DNA from: Octopus vulgaris
Lineage: Eukaryota
Direction of reading: 5' to 3'
Length of the DNA: 64,000 nucleotides
Assembly: GCA_951406725.2 (NCBI GenBank)
Contig: OX597815.1
Coordinates: forward strand, 119,164,001-119,228,000
Shown here one piece after another: positions 55,054 to 64,000 of this stretch. The translations under genes were made by a program, and so were the position numbers. Numbering within the stretch: the stretch's first letter is position 1; each line of letters starts with the position of its first letter. The notes beneath the pieces are model-generated. The model saw nothing but the letters and a program-made list of their open reading frames with translations, was not told the DNA's origin and made no database searches.

Positions 55054-56514
55054 CTTTAGAGCATTTATTTTTACCTGAGTTCTGAGTTCAAATTCAATGG
55101 AGTTGACTTTTCCATTCATCTCCCTTGAGATTAGTAATATAAATACCAGTAGTATACTGTGGGCTGTTTTAAAATTATACATTCTTTAGTTGACCTCGTC
55201 AGAAATTCTGAGTGGAAGAGTTGGCATTAATGTTACCAAGGCTTCTTCGCATACAGCAACCAGCACTACCAGGTTATTATTAGAGATGCTGTTACATATG
55301 TAATGCAGCTATTTCCAGCACAAGCATATGACTGGATGTGGTTTTGTAAATCTTGATCAAACAGACTTATGATCAGAAGCAGTCCTGCTCTGACCATCCA
55401 CTCTTATTGTCAAATATAGTACATTTATGACTACATTATCCAATGTATTTTTACAGAAAAGGTGAGGAAGTAATTTGAAGTAGATTTGATTACCATTTCT
55501 AACCAGTTGGGTAACCTCATAGTGGCTTTCTCATTGGCTTGATGTATTTAGATTAGAAGGAATAGGAAGCTGTGATGTTTATGCATTTCTTGAGTGATTA
55601 GTGAAATGTAATAGCTCAAACAGCAATGGTATCTTGGCTGTGAATACACCTCACTAATTAAGCTGATATCTACATCAACATGTACCACTTGTTTATAACA
55701 CCATATATCGTATTTGATGGTGTAAAAGATACAGAGAAAGAGAGATATATTAGACACACCCTAATTTCAGCAGCACATATTCATGAAAATAGTTTTTAGC
55801 GCCTTAAAGTATATGATATAGGTCCACCTTCACATAGAGCACCAAGGGGAATTTTTCGAGACTTTTTTTTTTCGAAAAATGTATGTCATCTAGCATCAAA
55901 TAGGGTATACACCCTGTAAAGTGGTTGGTGTTAAGAAGAGCATTTAACTATAGAATTTATACTCAAAAATAGAATATTCTAATGAGATTTGATCTCCTGA
56001 CCCCTCTAGAAGAGCAGTTGTTCGATGTAAGAACTGACTTGGATGACGATAATCTCTGCAACCCAATGACATCACGGAAGAGGACACAAAACGATGATAC
56101 CTCATATTATTGTTATCAAGTCGGCCATGATCAAACAGATCTGTGATCAAAGACGATCCATCTATGACCACCCTGCTTTTTTCTCTAAGCTTTGTGCCTC
56201 TAGATCTGTAAGGCATAATGGAACTTTAGTGGTTCCAACTTGGTGCTCTTTTGGTTGACAAGATACATGTTATGTTAAGTAATGGTGATCGTATTTGCTT
56301 ATTGAACCCACGTATAATAAACACAGGAACTTACCACAACACTACATACAATACCTATCAGCAACACTAAAATATAACAACAAGAGCAACCGTTATAAAT
56401 TATTAATTAATCTATTCTACTAATTAGAGGTGATAGATTTAATGCTGGTTAGTAAGTCTAATCAGCTTCTCTTTCTTCTATTACATATGCATCTCAAAAG
56501 ACTACAGCTATTCT

Positions 56515-56518
<4 letters not shown>

Positions 56519-56570
<52 letters not shown>

Positions 56571-56594
56571 CATATATACATACATATACTTATA

Positions 56595-56688
<94 letters not shown>
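56519..56688. repeat. (TA)n followed by (GATA)n microsatellite
   Basis: Directly visible. Confidence 0.95.
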
Positions 56689-57069
56689 TGCATACAAATA
56701 AATGCATGTGTTAGGATTAAATTGTATTAGTTAACACTGTTTAGGTAGTACTAGTTAACTAACTAGAACCTAGTCAAACCTACAAGTTCAGTTTAAAATA
56801 CTACTATCCCATCATCTGTTATTCACTTAGCACCAATGTCATGCTTAGTGTTCAGCCTTAAATAGTCTCTTAAAGTGGTGCACCTACTAAAAGCAGTTTC
56901 TCTGCTACAGCCGCCTATTTTGCTCTGGTGAATTTTCTCTTCTCTCACTCTCTCTCTTTCTCTCTCTCTTGTTCTCAGTCCCTCGCTCTCTGTCTTTCTC
57001 TCCCTTTCTTTCTGTTGTTTTCTCTCTCTCTCCTCTCTCTCTTACTTTGGCTGTTCATACATAAAAGAT

Positions 57070-57313
57070 ATCGCCACAACCACAACCACCACTGCCGCTG
57101 TCACCATAATCATCATCATCATCACCACTACTACTGACATAACAATCATCATCATCATCATCACCACCATCACAATCACCTTTATCATCACTACTACCAC
57201 AGCTACTAATATCATTGTTGTCATCATCATAATCGCTACCACCACTGCTGCCACCACCAGCAGCAACAGCAGCACCACCATCACTACTACTACTACTAAT
57301 AATAATAATAATG

Positions 57314-57362
<49 letters not shown>

Positions 57363-57466
57363 TAATAATAATAATAATAACAATAATAATAATAACAATA
57401 ATAATAATAATAATAACAATAATAATAATGATGAAAATAACAGCAAAAATAATAAAAACAGCAGCA

Positions 57467-57506
<40 letters not shown>

Positions 57507-57897
57507 TTGCCATCATCATTGCCACAACACACTACCACAACAGAAATATCATCATCATCATCCTCATGGCCATTGCCACCACAATCAGCATCATCTCCAC
57601 CACTACTACCGCTGACACCACCACCACCTCTACCACATTATCATCATCCTTCTACCAATACTATCATCATGATTATCATCACATCAACGCAACTATCATG
57701 ACCGCAACCACCACCATCACGACCACCACCACCACCACCACTACTGCTGCCACCTACTCATCATCATTGTCGTCATCATCATCATCATCTGAACATCATT
57801 ATCTATTATCATCATCTTTACTATCTTGCCATCATCATCATATCTAACATCACTATCATTTCTACTTATCATCATCGCTGTTGTCGTTGTCATCATC

Positions 57898-57952
<55 letters not shown>

Positions 57953-58422
57953 CCATCATCATCACCATCATCATCATCATCGTTATCACCATCATCATCT
58001 CTATAACACTTAGATTGTTTTTCTGTCATTGTCATTATCACCACCACCACCACCACCATCATCGTCGTCATCATCATCATCATCACCATCATCATCACCA
58101 TCATCATTATCGTCGTCCTCATCATCATCCTCATTATGTTCCCATTATATTGACTTGCTGCCATCGTTGTCGCCGTCACCATAATCATTACTTTGTCACC
58201 CTTTTTTCCCTAGAATCACCATCATCATCATCATCGCCATCATTGTCATCATCATCATCTTCATCACCTTTCTATTCTTCTGCATACCATCATCATTTAC
58301 AGCAGAAGGAGCCAACAACAACTGTAACAGCAACACTACTGCTATTGCTGCCATCACCACCACCAACAATAACTCCACCACCACCAACAACTTCACCACT
58401 ATCATCATCATCATCATCATCA
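57070..58422. repeat. Large mosaic trinucleotide field (CAT/CAC/AAT/ACT)
   Basis: Directly visible; source of the poly-I/H/T/D ORFs. Confidence 0.95.
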
Positions 58423-58593
58423 ATACTTAAAGGGGTTTAGCTGGTATAGTTTCTCTTAAAAACATTATTTGCATGTTTCAGAATTTACACAGACTCAACC
58501 AGCCCCCAACCCTACTCCGCCCACCAACACATGCACACATGTACATGCACATGATCACATACAAACACACACACACACACACTGACACACATT

Positions 58594-58625
<32 letters not shown>

Positions 58626-59168
58626 ATTCTATTTACTAGCAAGATTCAACTCCCTACATGTACATACAGATGTTATTTACACATTCTGTTGGCAGGATGC
58701 AAGTCCCCTTATATGCCAATCATATTTGCACACAGCATCCCTGTGTAAACACCAAAACCAACCCCACTTTTAATGCCTTCATATTTCTGCATTATAAAAT
58801 ACAATTCTCTCCAAATATATGCAGCTTGTTTAGATATTCAGAAATTTTACTTGTACACATGCAGATTATTCGTTAACGCAGACATTTCATATATTTGGTT
58901 TGCTTATTGACTTCATGATTAGGGGGACTTGTTATTAAGTAATAGGTGTACTTAGCTCCCCTACTTTTCTCTAGATAAACCGTATCTAACCCATAACTTC
59001 AATCCTGCTCTGAGTTCATTGTACAAATCATTAGTTTTTAACTATATATATATATATGCTTGTAAGGCAGCGAGCTGGCAGAATCGTTAGCACGCCAGGC
59101 AAAAGGCTTAGTATATCGTCTGCTATTACGTTCTGAGTTCAAATTCTGCCGTGGTCAACTTTGCCTTT

Positions 59169-59333
59169 TGTTGTGTGAACACCCCCAGACGATAAGTAGG
59201 CTAGTCCATTACGTATAAATAGTGGCCGTGATAGCTAGTTGTAGAAGCGTTGTGTAGAGCGAGTTGGTAGACTAGATGTCAAGTTCTGTTGAGTCGAGTC
59301 GTCGGAAGTGAGAGTTCAGTAGTTGAGTAGAGG
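59169..59333 (+). mobile_element. LTR-like fragment inserted in a SINE
   Basis: Begins TGTTGTG where a family D SINE breaks off; TATAAATA at 59214; CpG-rich; no CA end or TSD found. Confidence 0.4.
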
Positions 59334-59716
59334 TACCCACTCCATTCAAAAGTACCATTCAAACATGATCTTTACCAGCGTCACCTCACTGGTACTTGTG
59401 CCAGTGGCATGGGAAAACAACATTCGAGCTAGGTCATTTGCCAGTTCCGCTGGACTGGCTCTTGTGCAGGTGGCACATAAAAAACACCATTTGAGCATGG
59501 CCATTGCCAGTATCGCCTGACTGGCCCTCATGCCTGTGGCATGTAAAAGCACCCGTTACACTCTCGGAGTGGTTGGCATTAGGAAGGGCCTCCAATTGTA
59601 GAAACTCTGTCAGATCAGATTGGAGCCTGGTGCAGCCATCTGGCTCACCTGTCCTCAGTCAAACCGTCCAACCCATGCCAGCATGGAAAGCAGACATTAA
59701 ACGATGGTGATGATGA
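59334..59716 (+). mobile_element. Family A SINE with internal monomers
   Basis: Repeated GCCAG..CTGGC..TGC.NGTGGCA monomers, then the GAGTGGTTGGCATTAGGAAGGGC...(GAT)n tail. Confidence 0.85.
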
Positions 59717-60747
59717 TATAAATATAGAGACTTGTTTAATTGGTTTGTGTAATTGATACACTAAACATGCACAGGATGAAGGACTCAGTTTCTTTTTGTT
59801 GAGTTGATATAATATTTGATATTAATACTGGATGTTTATTTCAAAGTTTCACCATTAAAAGTGACTTCTCACTTTTAATGATGGAACTTTGGAGTAAACA
59901 GGTATTAACATTAATATCAGATATAAATGTGGCAAGCTGGCAGAATTGTTAGTATGCCGGGCGAAATGCTTAGCGGTATTTTGCCTGTCACTATGTTCTG
60001 AGTTCATATTCCATCTTTCATCCTTTCAGGGTTGATTAAATAAGTACCAGTTACACACTGGGTTCAATGTAATCGACATAATCCCTTCCTCCAAATTTGA
60101 GGCCTTGTGCTTCCAGTAGAAAGAATTATTAATATCAGATATTACAGACACACACACTCTATCTGTCTGTCTCTCTCTCTGTCATACACACACACACACA
60201 CATATGCATGATCATCGTTTAATATCTATCCCCCATGCTGGAATGGGTTGGACAGTTTGACTAGAGCTAGCAAGCTAGGGTGCTGTGACAAACTCTGTTG
60301 TCTGTTTTAGCATACTTTCTACAGCTGGATGCCCTTCCTAAAACCAACCACTTGACAGAATGCACTGGGTGCTCTCTTTCATGACACCTGCACTGGTGGG
60401 GTTACTAAGTAACTTGTTAGTCAAGAAGTGCAGATATGGATGTGTAGTTAAGTTCATTTCACAACCACATGGTCTTGGGTTCAATTCCACTACACGATGC
60501 CTCAGTTAAGAGTCTTCAACTATTGCCTCTGGCTGACCAATGTCTTGTGAGTGAATCTGGTAGACAGAAACTGTGATAATCCTATTGGGTATGTATATGT
60601 AATCCTGTCATATACATATGTGTACATGTGTGTGTGTGTGTGTGTTTGTGGAAAGACATTATTCACACCATATAGAAAAAATTGAATATACTATAAAAAA
60701 CATTATTCTAAAAATTAATAAAGTACATAAACAATAACTCATAAATT

Positions 60748-60838
60748 GACTATGCATGTTTTGTGACTATATCTTTAACTAGATAATAATAATAAAATCA
60801 ATTCGATTTAAAATTAAAATATAGTCACTCATCAGGTC
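60748..60838 (-). ncRNA. Decayed type I hammerhead ribozyme (G12A)
   Basis: Minus: GAC-CTGATGA-GTGACTATAT..ATATAGTCAC-AAA-ACATGCAT-A-GTC; perfect 10-bp stem II. Confidence 0.65.
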
Positions 60839-61547
60839 TAAAATAAAATAGTAATAATAAGAAGAAGAAGAAGACGAAGAAAAATAAGAAAATAAATGTA
60901 CGTATCTTAACTTATAATAATTAACAAATAAATATAGAAAAATGTGTTTTAACAATAAATAATCAACTAAAATTTAACAATATTACTTAAAATAAAATCA
61001 TAACTTATCTTATCGAAGAATTTCTGTTATAGATATCATCATCATCATTATTTAACTTCCGTTTTCCATCTTGGCATGGGTTGGATGGTTTGACAGGAGC
61101 TAGCCAGCTGAAGAGCTGCCAGCATGGAAAAATAGATGATAACAATGATTATGATCACGATCATGATTATGATGATACCTGTGTTTGAAAGTAGGTGTTT
61201 GTATGTTGAAATTTTGCTTATCATCATGTGAGCAGTGTTGATGTTGACATTATGACCAATTGTTCTACACTTTCAAAGACTTGTGGAATTTAAAATGTTT
61301 TTACTTGAAATTAAGCAATAAGGAAAAGGAAGAGCATCTGGCTGTAAAATCTTACTTCAGCCAACTCCCTATCTAACCCATGCAAGCATGCAAAATGGGT
61401 GTTGAAACTTATTAAAAATGAACTAATTCCTCTATATCATTTGTTCTACATCTGTTTTTCTATGGTAGCACGAGTTCGATGAATATATATTTCACCAATT
61501 ACTTCATATTCTGTCTCTGTCTGTCTGTCTCTCTGTTTCTGTCTGTT

Positions 61548-61613
<66 letters not shown>

Positions 61614-61879
61614 CCTCTCTCTCTCTCTCTCCCCCTCTCTCTCTCTCTCTCTCCTCTCCCTCTCCCTCTCTCTTGATATGTTTCTGTACAGTTTTTGTCT
61701 TGCAATTTCACTCACAAAACCAAGACTACAGTAGAAGAGACTTTGCCCAAAGTGCTGTATCATGAGAAAGAACTTAAGACCATTTAGTAACAAAGCAAAC
61801 TTTGTATTTACTCAGCCATGCATACAGACAGACAAACAGTCACACAAACACATACACACACACTTTATGAAAATGAAAG

Positions 61880-63250
61880 ATAACAAATCTAACTTTACCT
61901 GCAATGCCAAATATCAGCTGCTTGACCCTCACCTGCTTTGAGGGCCAACACCAACATAAAAAAAGAGCCTCTGGTCTCTCTGTATGACACAACACCAATG
62001 AAGTCACCACATGGTTTAAAACCATCGCTAACAGAAGTAGATCAAGGTTTACCTAATTCAGTATAAAGGACTCTTACCTATCTGCATCTTAGTTATATAG
62101 AGGGTTGAATTCCACTTGGGTCTACATCAAAATTAGTGATGAGGATGTAGACATCATTTTGAACACCAAAGAAACCGTATGTTTTGATAAGAGGCTGGAC
62201 TGACCCTGAAAGCTCCCTCAGTGTTGCACTTGAGGCATTCAACTTTACTGATATATATAATCTCATAGGCATTTTTATTTGAGATATGTTTAATTATGAC
62301 ATTCCCCCACAACTAGTTTTTGCCTCTACATGGACAATGCTTTGGCACTGTCAAAAGGGATGGGGCTCAAAGTCATCAACGAAACCAGTCTGTAGGTGGT
62401 TGATTTTCCAAATGTAATGTTAAACTTAGACACTGGTGCCTATGAACACTTTCATAAACTGAATGAGAAACTGGCAATTATTAATACAGGTTCCTGCCAT
62501 CCAGCCTTAGTGTTCAGGAACCTGGTCAAAGAGTTTAGCAAACGAATCTCCAACCAATCTTCAAATAAGGGGAGTTTCAATGTCACAGCCCTATATTACA
62601 ACAAGGTCCTAACTGCAAGTGGTTTTAATAAGGTTTGGTATATGTGTGATTCTAACTCCACCATGTGAAAATGCCACTATAAAGTCATATAGTTCACCCT
62701 CCTCCATTTTCCCTGAACATTAAACCTTGTCCAGGCAGAATTTTCTTTAGTTCAGTCAATAAGCATTTCCCCCAAACACATAGATACAGAAAAATATTTA
62801 ATAGACATATCTTGAGGATCTCTTTTAGCTGTGCTTCTAACATTAAGAAAACATCACTAAGTAGGCCCAAGCCTAAAACAGAGGCAGACTGCTCATATGG
62901 AGATAACACTGCACACCCATTTGACTGCCATTGCAGTATGAGGTAGAGTATGTGGGCATATCAGAATTTCTCTTCAGTATCACAAGCACAAGTTCTTGTT
63001 TAACATTCAAGAGAGGTGAATTGATACATCTCTAGCGAGACATAGAGGATATTGAGAGAAAATTCTATATATTATGACATTAAAGAGAGGATGCTAAAAG
63101 AGTGTAAACCTTATTTTAATAGTAAAAGGAGGTGCATGCTCTGTCAGGCTGAGAAAAGAATGATATCAAAGGACTCTCTCCGTGCATGTACCTACCTTAA
63201 CTGTAAGGTGACGTTTTTACCTCATCCAGTAGAACAAAAATGTGGTTAGT
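61880..63250 (+). mobile_element. Penelope-like retroelement remnant (RT plus GIY-YIG region)
   Basis: NTNEVTTWFKTIANRSRSRFT*FSIKDSYLS; VDFPNVMLNLDTGAYEHFHKLNEKLAIINTGSCHP..KRISNQSSN..YYNKVLTASGF; PPFSLNIK..KHFPQTHRYRKIFNR..ISFSCASNI; CKPYFNSKRRCMLCQAEKRMI; multiple stops and frameshifts. Confidence 0.85.
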
Positions 63251-64000
63251 CATATTTCATAACATTTTTTCATTAAGCATAATATCATGCATTTATAGGT
63301 ATAATATGACTATATGGTTAAGAAGTTAGGTAAATAATCATGTAGTTTGAGGTTCATTCTCACTACATGGCACCCTCGGCAAGTGTCTTCTGCTGTAGCC
63401 TCTAGTCGCCCAGTGATTTGGTAAACAGTAATTGAATGGAAATTCATATATATGTATATGTATGTACCTGTATATTTAATTCAGAATAAATTTTGGTTGG
63501 CCCCCCACTTTGTAGCAAGGTTTTGAAGGAAAGCATCAGAGCAAGTGTCTTTGACTATATCCCCAAACCAACCAAAGCCTTATAAAAGGATTGGGTGGAT
63601 GGAAATTGAAAGAAGCCTATTATACACACACATTCACACACGTGTGTGTGTGTGTGTGTTTGTGTATACCGTTGTCCTGGTATGGTTGTAAATATGAATC
63701 ACCGTCATACAAGTGAGGTTGTTCATTTCCAGACTGTCATGGAAAGCACATCTGGCTATGAGAAAACATTACCTTAGATGGAAAATTTGCTTCAATAAAT
63801 TCCATCTGGCCTATTGCAAGCATAGAAAAGTGGATCTTAAATGATGATGATAAAGCTATTCAAACCAGCCTTGTATACTCAGCTTAGTTTTTTCTTGATG
63901 CCTTAACTCACAGTTTCAGCTAAATCTCTATTATTTCTGTTTGCCTTCCATGTTAGATTTACTATAACATGGCCAACAATATAATTTTTACCACTACCCT

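Noticed and set aside
57042-58440. Poly-His/Asp/Ile/Thr ORFs
   Set aside because: Trinucleotide repeat artefacts without unique coding sequence or splice structure

Overview
AT-rich eukaryotic non-coding DNA, intronic or intergenic. The repeat repertoire points to an Octopus-like coleoid cephalopod (inference): long (TA)n/(CAT)n/(AAT)n microsatellites, several tRNA-headed and GAT-tailed SINE families, and decayed mariner, RTE, R4/Dong, CR1-like and Penelope-like elements. No intact host gene, tRNA/rRNA gene or CRISPR array is supported, and nearly all listed ORFs are microsatellite artefacts or broken transposon frames. Notable signals: (1) several sequence-unrelated minimal type I hammerhead ribozyme motifs with palindromic stem III. 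The best are 28267-28342 (-) and 22065-22125 (+), with decayed ones at 60748-60838, 9557-9604 and 9001-9123. One lies in a 16-bp-direct-repeat-flanked insert nested in a foldback element, and a Penelope-like RT/GIY-YIG remnant sits at 62-63 kb. (2) A ~600-bp-arm inverted duplication (40.8-42.5 kb) embedded in a ~36-45-bp minisatellite with higher-order structure. (3) Structured tandem monomers inside a young SINE whose 3' tail matches an RTE LINE in the same window. All alignments and folds were done by eye, so coordinates of decayed elements are approximate.
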